Shown here: positions 1-8,997 of the stretch, piece after piece
Layout: each line of letters opens with the position of its first letter
Numbering within the stretch: position 1 is the stretch's first letter
DNA from: Candidatus Fervidifonticultor sextus
GTDB lineage: Bacteria; Sysuimicrobiota; Sysuimicrobiia; Sysuimicrobiales; Humicultoraceae
Length of the DNA: 18,338 nucleotides
Assembly: GCA_031459875.1 (NCBI GenBank)
Contig: JAVKHQ010000043.1
Span: 1-18,338 of the forward strand
Direction: 5' to 3'
The notes under the pieces: model-generated
Told to the model about the DNA's origin: nothing
Seen by the model: the letters and a program-made list of their open reading frames with translations, nothing else
Databases searched by the model: none
Program-made: the position numbers and the translations under genes

Positions 1-1053
1 GGTGCCCGGGAACCCCGAAGGGGGCAGGCGCAGACCCGCAAGCGTTCCGCGCAGGTCACCGGTGCCGCGCTTCAGGTCCCCGTAGGCATTCTCCAGCATC
101 GTGATGGCCCTGGCGACGCTGGTCTCAAGGGTGCGGTCCACGTCCTCCAGGTGGCGCTCCATCTGGGTCAGGGCCGTGCTCAGGCGCTCTGCGTCCACCG
201 AACCCGCGTACTGCAGGTGCATCTGGTACAGGGTCAGGAGGTAGGGCAGGGTCAGGCTGTAGGGAAGGACGATGACACCGGCGCGGTAGGCGTCCAGGTG
301 CGCCCGTCGGCAGACGGCGTAGGCGGGGTCGGGGACGGCGGCCACCGCCCAGGGCAGCGTGGCGGGCGGGCTGATGTATTGGGCCACCTCGCGGGCGCGG
401 CGGTCAACGCAGCGCTCGATCTCGCGGGCGAGGGCGTCGGCTTCGGGCCCGGAAGGGGTCTCCGCCAGCCGCTGCAGCAGGTCGCCGGCGGTCCATTTGG
501 AGTCGATGGGCAGGCGGCGCCCGCCGGGCAGGACCAGGGCGAACTCCACGATTTTGCCGTTCACCTTGAACCCCTGCTCGACCATCGAGGCAGGCAGCTG
601 GCGCAGGGCTGCGGCGACGATCTGCTCGCCCGCTTCGCCGCGGCGCTCCCGGCCGGCCATCACGGCCTCGATTCGGCCGACGGCCTGCCGGAGTTCGTCC
701 TCCATCTGCTGGCGGGCGGTTTGGGCGGTGCGGATATCGTGGATGGCGCTACGCGCTTCCTGCAGATCTCGCCGAGCATCCTGGATGTCCCGGGCCAGGT
801 GATCCTTGATGCCGGCGCCGGTCTCCACCAGCCTCGCCTTCAGGTCTCCAAGCGTCCCCTGAACGGTGGTCAGCGCCTGCTGGACCGTCGCCTGGCCCTG
901 GGCCAGGATCTCCACCTGGGCGCGCAGCCCGCTCAGGACGGCGGTCTCTTCCCGGGGCGCACGGGCGCGCAGGAGGATCCACGCCACGAGCCAACCCAGG
1001 GCCCCTGCGGCAAGAATCCCCAGGATGAGCCAGAGGGCATCCGGCACGGTCAC
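1..1053 (-). CDS. rmuC: DNA recombination protein RmuC family (3' end runs off the window)
   Basis: Absent from the ORF track because it has no stop in the window; translated by hand from GTG at 1053 (alternative GTG at 1047, GAGGT RBS at 1061-1057). It begins MTVPDALWLILGILAAGALGWLVAWILLR (TM anchor), continues as coiled coil, then reads RRGEAGEQIV...VEFALVLPGGRRLPIDSKW, matching the RmuC RG.xGE / LP...IDSK nuclease-fold motifs. The frame is open to base 1. Confidence 0.85.
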   Translation of the reverse strand, partial: MTVPDALWLILGILAAGALGWLVAWILLRARAPREETAVLSGLRAQVEILAQGQATVQQALTTVQGTLGDLKARLVETGAGIKDHLARDIQDARRDLQEARSAIHDIRTAQTARQQMEDELRQAVGRIEAVMAGRERRGEAGEQIVAAALRQLPASMVEQGFKVNGKIVEFALVLPGGRRLPIDSKWTAGDLLQRLAETPSGPEADALAREIERCVDRRAREVAQYISPPATLPWAVAAVPDPAYAVCRRAHLDAYRAGVIVLPYSLTLPYLLTLYQMHLQYAGSVDAERLSTALTQMERHLEDVDRTLETSVARAITMLENAYGDLKRGTGDLRGTLAGLRLPPSGFPGT

Positions 1054-1223
1054 GTTACCTCGTTGTATTCCCTGCCCGCGGCGGATTCCTTGTAGTCCAA
1101 CAATGCTGAACTTCGTCCTTGAGGCGCTCCGGGAGGCACGCGCCGGGACGCCCGAGCGGCCGCGAGTCGGGAGGTGAGCTGACCCGGCGGGCGGCTCTCC
1201 CCGGTGCGGCCCCCGGACAAGTG

Positions 1224-1232
1224 TGCTAGCAT
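1224..1232 (+). promoter_or_regulatory. Possible extended -10 promoter (TGcTAGCAT) for the coiled-coil gene
   Basis: TGn-TAGCAT lies ~25 nt upstream of GTG 1258; no clear -35. Confidence 0.3.
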
Positions 1233-1257
1233 CGACGATAGACTAGAGGGAACGGAC

Positions 1258-1968
1258 GTGCTGGAAGCGCGCGTGGACAGGCTCGAGATGGCCCTCCAGC
1301 GGCTGGCCGAGGCCCAGGCCGAGACGCAGACAGAGCTGCGCACGCTGGCCGCGCGGGTGGACGACCTGGCCGAGGCCCAGCGGCGGACGGAGCAGCGGCT
1401 GGAGGCGCTGGCCGCGCGGGTGGACGACCTGACCGTGCGGCTGGAGGCGCTGGCCGCGCGGGTAGATACCCTGACCGCGCACATGAGCGAACTGGTGGTC
1501 CAGGTGTCCCGTCTCGCCGGCAATGTGGGAGACCTGCGCGGCAGGGTGCTCGAGCTCGACTACCGCGAGAAAGCGCACGCCTACTTCCTCAGGATCCTGC
1601 GGGCCATTCACCCCGTGTCCCGAACGGAACTCGCCGCGATGGCCGAGGATGCCGAGGGGCGCGCCCTCCTCTCGCTGGACGAGCACGCGGATCTCTTGCA
1701 GGCCGACCTGGTCATCGGCGGGCGGCGCCGCGATGGCGACGAGGAGTGCTACCTGGTCGCCGAGGTCTCCGCGGTGGTGGACGCGCGCGACGTGGAGCGG
1801 GCGGCACGCCGGGCACGGCTGCTCCAGCGCATCGTCGCCGTGCCGGTGGTGGCGGCGGTGGCCGGGGAGCGCGCCGCGGCCGACGCCAGCCGGGAGGCCG
1901 CTACCGCAGGGGTCTGGTTGGTCATCGACGGGCGGGCGTTCCCGCCGGGGAGCCCGCCCGAGAGCTGA
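1258..1968 (+). CDS. Hypothetical coiled-coil protein with C-terminal PD-(D/E)XK/restriction-endonuclease-like domain
   Basis: Track ORF 1204..1968; likelier start GTG 1258 after GAGGGA. The N-half is heptad repeats (LAEAQ, LAARVDDL). The C-half has LELDY...ADLVIGG...YLVAEVS...DVERAARRA, a pattern typical of REase-fold hypothetical proteins. Confidence 0.75.
   Translation: MLEARVDRLEMALQRLAEAQAETQTELRTLAARVDDLAEAQRRTEQRLEALAARVDDLTVRLEALAARVDTLTAHMSELVVQVSRLAGNVGDLRGRVLELDYREKAHAYFLRILRAIHPVSRTELAAMAEDAEGRALLSLDEHADLLQADLVIGGRRRDGDEECYLVAEVSAVVDARDVERAARRARLLQRIVAVPVVAAVAGERAAADASREAATAGVWLVIDGRAFPPGSPPES
1300..1476 (+). repeat. Intragenic repeats spaced at multiples of 21 nt (heptads)
   Basis: gcggctggaggcgctggccgcgcgggt at 1395-1421 and 1437-1463 (period 42); ctggccgcgcgggtggacgacctg at 1345-1368 and 1408-1431 (period 63); ctggccgaggcccag at 1303-1317 and 1366-1380 (period 63). 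Confidence 0.85.
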
Positions 1969-1984
1969 CCGCTCGAGAGCGGTC
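1967..1984. terminator. Hairpin between convergent genes, possible terminator
   Basis: gaccgct-cgag-agcggtc: 7-bp stem overlapping the TGA stop at 1966-1968; no U-tract. Confidence 0.3.
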
Positions 1985-2124
1985 CGCACGCTCCTTCCCG
2001 TCCGTGCCCTCCGCCACGCCCTCCGCGGGCCCTTCCGCCAGGCCGGTACCGCTCGGTGGTTGCGGACCCAGCGCACCGCCTCCCAGGGCGTCAGGGCCCA
2101 GAGACTTCCGCCATTTTGGAACGT

Positions 2125-2550
2125 TCAGCCGATGCTCGACGGTGCGACTTCTCGCGGCAGCCGCACGAGGATCTGCTCGTAGACCTCTCGGGCCAGGGCC
2201 AGGGCCTCTTCGGCCTCCCCCCGCGGCGGCTCGTCTGGTTCGCCGGGATACCGGAACTTCCATGCATAGTCGGTCAGTCCGGACGCGCGGCGAAGCAGCG
2301 GCTCCAGGGTCGGATCCAGTCGCGCGCAGAGCTCGCCCAGCTCGGTGAGGTTGTGCGTCTTCCGGAACACCCGGCCGTGCCAGGTAAGGAATCCTTTCAT
2401 CGCTTTCTCCGCCGCCTGCTGTGCGTGGAAGACGGCGTCTCCGGTCAGTGGCGGCTGGACGGTGAGGTCAGCCCGGCCGCTGGCGAGATCGGTGCGGGCC
2501 CGGACCAGCCACCCGCGTGTCTCTGCCACCAGCTCCGGGTCATGCGACAT
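2125..2550 (-). CDS. HEPN domain protein (partner of MNT)
   Basis: 141 aa from ATG 2550 (MSHDPELVAETRGWLVRARTDL). Contains FHAQQAAEKAMKG, RKTHNL and RYPG motifs. Overlaps the upstream MNT gene by 11 nt. Confidence 0.92.
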   Translation of the reverse strand: MSHDPELVAETRGWLVRARTDLASGRADLTVQPPLTGDAVFHAQQAAEKAMKGFLTWHGRVFRKTHNLTELGELCARLDPTLEPLLRRASGLTDYAWKFRYPGEPDEPPRGEAEEALALAREVYEQILVRLPREVAPSSIG

Positions 2551-2872
2551 GGAGCAGCGTCCCTTCACGCAGCACGATGGCCGGCAGCGAGCAGACGACG
2601 CGGGCGCGGCGCTCAAAGCGGGACCGTTCCCAGACAATCACGTCGGCCGCCGTCCCTGTTCCCCAGAGCACTCGGTAGGCCAGTTTGCTGTCCTTGTGTT
2701 CCTGCGGCGCGTCGTCGGGCACGATGACCAGGAGGTCGTAGTCGCTGTCCGGCCCAGCCTCCCCGCGGGCGAACGATCCGAACAGGTAGATCCGTTCAGG
2801 CCGGTAGGCCTCGACCAGTCGCCGGACGACTTCGGCAAGCTTCGGATCCTGCTCAGGCAGGTAGTGTTCCAC
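2540..2872 (-). CDS. Minimal nucleotidyltransferase (MNT)
   Basis: 110 aa with IYLFGSFARGEAGPDSDYDLLVIV (GS-X10-DxD motif); GTG start after GAGGGA. Confidence 0.93.
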   Translation of the reverse strand: MEHYLPEQDPKLAEVVRRLVEAYRPERIYLFGSFARGEAGPDSDYDLLVIVPDDAPQEHKDSKLAYRVLWGTGTAADVIVWERSRFERRARVVCSLPAIVLREGTLLHVA

Positions 2873-2900
2873 TGTCCCTCACGGCATCTTGGGGCCTGGC

Positions 2901-2926
2901 CGTCCCGGCGTCCGGACGCCGGGACG
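2901..2926. repeat. Perfect 26-bp palindrome upstream of MNT
   Basis: cgtcccggcgtcc|ggacgccgggacg is its own reverse complement. Confidence 0.9.
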
Positions 2927-3288
2927 TCGCAGAGTCTTGGGCGCCCGTCCGGTACCGCGCCTCGGACGTCAACAATCCCACGTCCACACGCCCACTTCTT
3001 TCTACCTTCCGGCTTTCGGTGCCTTTCCGTGTCCTCCCCAGGATGTACCGGGCCGCCTCGCGAATTCTGCCAGCCGATGGGCCTGGACACCCTCCCCAGT
3101 GCGCGTTCACAAGGCCACCTCGTCACCGTGGGCGGAGGGCGCCGGGGTCGTGCGTTCCACGGAAGAGCGTGGAGGGACACGAGGGCGGTGGGTGTCTGAA
3201 CTCCTTTCCCTGAAGTAGTCCGTAGTCGGACGCGACAGTGCCTATCGTGCCTCGGCAAGAACAGGACGGCTTCCCGTGAAAGGCCTCA

Positions 3289-3317
3289 TTGTCCCCTCCA
3301 GAGGCGACTGCTATACT
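3289..3317 (+). promoter_or_regulatory. Sigma70-type promoter for the maf-radC-mre run
   Basis: TTGTCC (3289-3294), 17-bp spacer, TATACT (3312-3317), with extended-10 TG at 3309-3310. Confidence 0.75.
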
Positions 3318-3356
3318 CAATTCGATGTGGTGATTTCGGCATCTGTAGGGGACGGG

Positions 3357-3971
3357 GTGCCGCTGCTGGTTCTGGCATCGGCCTCCCCCCGGCGGGCGGA
3401 TCTTCTCCGGCAGGTGGGGCTTGACTTCCAGGTCTGGCCCACGACCGAGGAGGAGACGCAGGGTGTGGTTCCCGCGAGCCCGTCCACAGAGGGTCCGGGG
3501 TGGACCCTCGAGGCGGTTCGGGCGCGTGCGCGGCAGGTCGCACTGGATAAGGCGCGGGCCGCAGCCACCGCGCAGCCGGACGCCGTGGTCATCGCCGCCG
3601 ACACGATGGTCGTGGTGGACGGGGTCGTGCTGGGCAAACCGGCCGATGCTCAGGACGCCGCCGCGATGCTGCGACGGCTCTCGGGCCGCTCGCACCATGT
3701 GACCACCGGCGTCGCCGTCGTCTGCCTCCGCCGGGGGGTGGTGCTGGCCGAAGATGCCACGACCAGGGTTACGTTCCGGGACCTGCGCCCGGACGAGATC
3801 CACCGGTATGTGGCGACCGGCGAGCCGATGGATAAGGCGGGGGCGTACGGCATCCAGGGCCGGGCGGCACTCTTCGTGGAGCAGGTGGAGGGAGACTACT
3901 TCGCCGTCGTCGGTCTCCCCCTGGCCCGGCTGGGCCGGATGCTCGACGCCGTCGGCGTGCCGGTGATCTAG
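3357..3971 (+). CDS. maf: Maf family nucleoside triphosphate pyrophosphatase (YhdE-like)
   Basis: LVLASASPRR, IAADT, LGKP and DKAGAYGIQG motifs. The track start at 3276 lies upstream of the promoter, so GTG 3357 (or 3327) is likelier. Confidence 0.95.
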   Translation: MPLLVLASASPRRADLLRQVGLDFQVWPTTEEETQGVVPASPSTEGPGWTLEAVRARARQVALDKARAAATAQPDAVVIAADTMVVVDGVVLGKPADAQDAAAMLRRLSGRSHHVTTGVAVVCLRRGVVLAEDATTRVTFRDLRPDEIHRYVATGEPMDKAGAYGIQGRAALFVEQVEGDYFAVVGLPLARLGRMLDAVGVPVI

Positions 3972-3979
3972 CCCGTGAT

Positions 3980-4008
3980 CCTCGCGATTCGCCATGCGAA
4001 TCGCGGGG
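3980..4008 (+). other. 13-bp intergenic stem-loop after maf
   Basis: cctcgcgattcgc-cat-gcgaatcgcgggg with one G-U pair; no U-tract. Confidence 0.6.
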
Positions 4009-4104
4009 CGCGCTGGGGCCGTTACCTGTTCCCGATCCCGCCCGCTCCCTGCGCCAGGGCGCCGCGGGCCCCTCAGAGCGCCGGATTCGGAGCGTTGAAT
4101 CAGG

Positions 4105-5855
<1,751 letters not shown>

Positions 5856-5889
5856 GGGGGCGGGCACGGCCGATGGGAGGGCTGGATCG

Positions 5890-6702
5890 GTGAGGCGTCG
5901 GGTCACGGTGGTGGTCCTGGCGGTCGCGGCGTTCGCGCTGCTGACCTCGCAGGTGCGGCTGCCCGAGCGCCGCGCGGTCGGTCGCCTCGGCGCCTGGACG
6001 CTGGCGGTGCTGGGGCCTGCTCAGGCCGCGCTGTCATGGATGGCCGACGCCGCAGCCCACACCTGGCGGCTGTACGCCGAGATCGGACACCTGCGCACCG
6101 AGAACCGGCGCCTGCGCGAGGAGGTGGAACGGCTCTCGGAGGAGGTCATCCGCCTGCGGGAACAGGCGCAGGCCACGCAGCGGCTGGAGCGGCTGCTGGC
6201 GTTTCGGCGCCAGCTGCCCGGCCGGGCCATCGCCGCCAGGGTCATCGGCCGCGATGGCTCGCGATGGTTCGCGGTCATTCTGGTGGACCGCGGGTCGGAG
6301 GACGGAGTCCGCCGCAATGCGCCGGTCGTGGCCGCCGACGGCCTGGTGGGCCGCGTGCTGGCGGTGGCGCCGACCACGGCGCAGGTCCTGCTGATCACCG
6401 ACAGCCGCAGCGCGGTCGGGGTCGTGCTGCAGCAGTCCCGGGAGGCGGGCATCGTCGAGGGCCAGGGCCACGCGCTGCTGCGCTTGAAGTACGTGGCGCG
6501 GTCGAGCGAGATCACCCCGGGCGAACCGGTGGTCACCTCAGGCCTCGGCGGGATGTTCCCCCGCGGGCTGGCCGTCGGGTGGGTTGAGACCGTGGTCCAG
6601 GACCAGGCCGCGCTCTACCAGGAAGCCGCCGTCCGCCCGGCCGTCAACCTGCAGCGCCTGGAGGAAGTCCTCATCTTGATCGAGACCCGGCCGGATCGGT
6701 AG
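5890..6702 (+). CDS. mreC: Rod shape-determining protein MreC
   Basis: N-terminal TM, coiled coil (LRTENRRLREE), ARVIGRD, DRGSEDGV, GLVGRV, VVTSGLGGMFPRGL; follows mreB. Confidence 0.97.
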   Translation: MRRRVTVVVLAVAAFALLTSQVRLPERRAVGRLGAWTLAVLGPAQAALSWMADAAAHTWRLYAEIGHLRTENRRLREEVERLSEEVIRLREQAQATQRLERLLAFRRQLPGRAIAARVIGRDGSRWFAVILVDRGSEDGVRRNAPVVAADGLVGRVLAVAPTTAQVLLITDSRSAVGVVLQQSREAGIVEGQGHALLRLKYVARSSEITPGEPVVTSGLGGMFPRGLAVGWVETVVQDQAALYQEAAVRPAVNLQRLEEVLILIETRPDR

Positions 6703-6706
6703 CGCT

Positions 6707-7234
6707 GTGGTGCTGCGCGGGATCCTCTTCGTGCTCCTCCTGGCCGCCGGGGTGGTGGTAGACGGCGCCTGGCTGTCCCGGCTCCCGCTGCCTGCGGGGC
6801 CGGACCTCCTGCTGCTGGTGGTCCTGGCCATCGCCCTGCGCCACGGCGCCGAGGGCGGGGCCCTGGCCGGCGCCGCCGGCGGCTACCTGCGGGACGTGGC
6901 CGGCGGGACGCCGCTGGGCCTGTACGCTTTCTCCTACCTGGTGGTGGGCGCGGCTGCCGGTGCGTCCAGCGCGGTCGTCGACCCCCGGCAGCGGTCCGTG
7001 GCCGTCGCCTGGGCGGTGGTCGGCACCGGGTTGCTGGCGCTGGTCAGCGGGACGATGGTGGCGGCCACGGGACTCGCACGGGTCACCTGGGCGGACGTGG
7101 CCTCCGACGCGGCCGTCGCCGCCGCGCTGAACGCGCTGCTGGCCGGGCCGGTGGGCTCGCTGGTGGCGTGGGCAGACCGCGTGACCCGCCGGCGCTACGA
7201 GGGCCGGGTCATCGGACCGCGAGGCCTGCGATGA
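6707..7234 (+). CDS. mreD: Rod shape-determining protein MreD
   Basis: Very hydrophobic 175 aa with PDLLLLVV and GGYLRDV...GLYA; lies between mreC and mrdA. Confidence 0.92.
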   Translation: MVLRGILFVLLLAAGVVVDGAWLSRLPLPAGPDLLLLVVLAIALRHGAEGGALAGAAGGYLRDVAGGTPLGLYAFSYLVVGAAAGASSAVVDPRQRSVAVAWAVVGTGLLALVSGTMVAATGLARVTWADVASDAAVAAALNALLAGPVGSLVAWADRVTRRRYEGRVIGPRGLR

Positions 7235-8997
7235 CCGCCGCGCCCTGGAGCCCCCGCGTCGCCCGCCTCGGGCTGGCCGCCGTCGTGCTGTTCGCGGTGC
7301 TGGCCGGACGGCTGTGGTCGCTGCAGGCGATCCAGGGCCAGTACTACCTGGAACTCTCCGAACACAACCGCATGCGCGATCTCAAGGTCCCCGCGCCCCG
7401 CGGGACGATCTACGACCGGCGCGGCCAGCCGCTGGTCTCCAACCGCGCGGCGTTCACGGTCAGCGTGCTGCCGATGGAGGTGAGGGACCCCCAGCGCCTC
7501 GCCGAGACCCTGTCGCCGGTCCTCGGTCTGGCCCGCGCGGACATCGTCGCCAGGATCGACGCCGGCCGCCGGCGGCCTTTCGAACCGGTGTTGCTCCGGC
7601 GCGACGTGGACCAGACAGTCCTCGCTACCCTGGAGGAGCACCGGCTCGACCTGCCGGGGGTGCTCGTCCAGGCCGAGCCAGTCCGCGCCTACCTGTTCGG
7701 GAGCCTGGCGGCCCACGCCCTGGGCTACCTCGGGGAGATCACGGAAGACGAACTGCGAGCCCGGCCCGGATACCGGATGGGGGACCTGATCGGCAAGACC
7801 GGGGTCGAGCGGGTCTACGACGACGTGCTGCGGGGTGAGCCCGGACGGCTGCAGGTGGAGGTGGACGCCGTGGGGCGTCCGATCCGCGTGCTGGGCCGGC
7901 TGCCCGCCAGGCCCGGCCGATCGCTGGTCCTCAATCTGGATGCTGCGCTCCAGGCTGTCGCCGAGGCCGGGCTCCGCGACCGCAGCGGCGCGGTGGTCGC
8001 GATGGACCCTCGCTCGGGCGAGGTGCTGGTGCTGGCGAGTGCGCCGTCCTACGACCCCAATCTGTTTTCGGGCGGCATCCGTGCGGCGAATTGGAAGCGC
8101 CTGATCGGCGACCGCCGTCTCCCCCTCCTCAACCGGGCAGCGGAAGGGACCTACGAACCCGGGTCGGTGTTCAAGATCGTGACCGGGCTCTCGGCGCTGT
8201 CCGAGGGCGTCGCGCGGCGCGACAGTACCTTCGAGTGCACCGGTGCGCTGCGGCTGGGACGCTGGGTCTTCCGCGACCTGGCTGCGTACGGCACGGTGAA
8301 CTTCATCCGGGGCGTCCAGGTCTCGTGCAACGTGATGTTCTGGCTGTTGGGCCGCGCCGTGGGCGAGGCGCACCTGGCCCGCTACGCCAGCGGCGTGGGC
8401 CTGGGCCAGCCGACGGGGATCGACCTGCCGGCAGAGGCCTCGGGGTTCATCCCCACCGCGGAGTGGAAGCAGCGGGCCACCCGGGAGCCCTGGTATCCCG
8501 GCGACACGCTGAACATGAGCATCGGCCAGGGCTACGTGCTGGTCACCCCGCTCCAGGTCGCGCGCATGGTGGGCGCGGTGGCCACCGGAGACCGGCTCGT
8601 CCGGCCGCGCCTGGCCCGCCGTGTGCTGGGCCCTGACGGGGCGGAGCAGCAGGCGTTCGACCCCCGGGACGATCCGATTCCGCTGGCCATCCCGCCCGAG
8701 GCCCTGCGGGCCCTGCGGGAGGGACTGCTGGCGGTCGTCGAGGGCGGGACCGGTCGGGCGGCCGCGGTGCCCGGGCTGTTGGTGGCCGGCAAGACCGGGA
8801 GTGCCGAGAACCCCCGGGGCATCCCGCACGCCTGGTTCGCCGGCTATGCGCCGGCGGACCGACCGTCGCTGGTGGTGGTCGTCTTCGTGGAACACGGGCG
8901 CCGCGGCGGCGAAGTCGCCGCCCCCATCGCCCGGGCCATCTTCGAGGCCGCGCGGCCGATGCTCCTGACCCGGGCCGCCGGGCCGGGCCGGCCGTGA
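7231..8997 (+). CDS. mrdA: Penicillin-binding protein 2 (class B transpeptidase)
   Basis: APRGTIYDR, GKTGVE, SxxK (GSVFK), SxN (SCN), KTG (KTGSAE). Start ATG 7231 overlaps the mreD stop (ATGA). Confidence 0.97.
   Translation: MTAAPWSPRVARLGLAAVVLFAVLAGRLWSLQAIQGQYYLELSEHNRMRDLKVPAPRGTIYDRRGQPLVSNRAAFTVSVLPMEVRDPQRLAETLSPVLGLARADIVARIDAGRRRPFEPVLLRRDVDQTVLATLEEHRLDLPGVLVQAEPVRAYLFGSLAAHALGYLGEITEDELRARPGYRMGDLIGKTGVERVYDDVLRGEPGRLQVEVDAVGRPIRVLGRLPARPGRSLVLNLDAALQAVAEAGLRDRSGAVVAMDPRSGEVLVLASAPSYDPNLFSGGIRAANWKRLIGDRRLPLLNRAAEGTYEPGSVFKIVTGLSALSEGVARRDSTFECTGALRLGRWVFRDLAAYGTVNFIRGVQVSCNVMFWLLGRAVGEAHLARYASGVGLGQPTGIDLPAEASGFIPTAEWKQRATREPWYPGDTLNMSIGQGYVLVTPLQVARMVGAVATGDRLVRPRLARRVLGPDGAEQQAFDPRDDPIPLAIPPEALRALREGLLAVVEGGTGRAAAVPGLLVAGKTGSAENPRGIPHAWFAGYAPADRPSLVVVVFVEHGRRGGEVAAPIARAIFEAARPMLLTRAAGPGRP

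Noticed and set aside
151..1095. 314-aa plus-strand ORF
   Set aside because: Antisense shadow of the minus-strand RmuC-like gene; no motifs.
1300..1476. Possible CRISPR-like array
   Set aside because: The repeats are in-frame coding heptads without unique spacers, and there are no cas genes.
2056..3258. ORFs 2056..2727, 2345..3199, 2638..3258, 2853..3110, 2889..3218, 3019..3213
   Set aside because: They overlap MNT-HEPN in other frames or look like random GC-rich translation, without recognisable motifs.
2873..3288. tmRNA, tRNA, riboswitch or IS remnant in the long intergenic region
   Set aside because: I could not see tRNA-like ends, a recognisable aptamer consensus, terminal inverted repeats or a transposase fragment.
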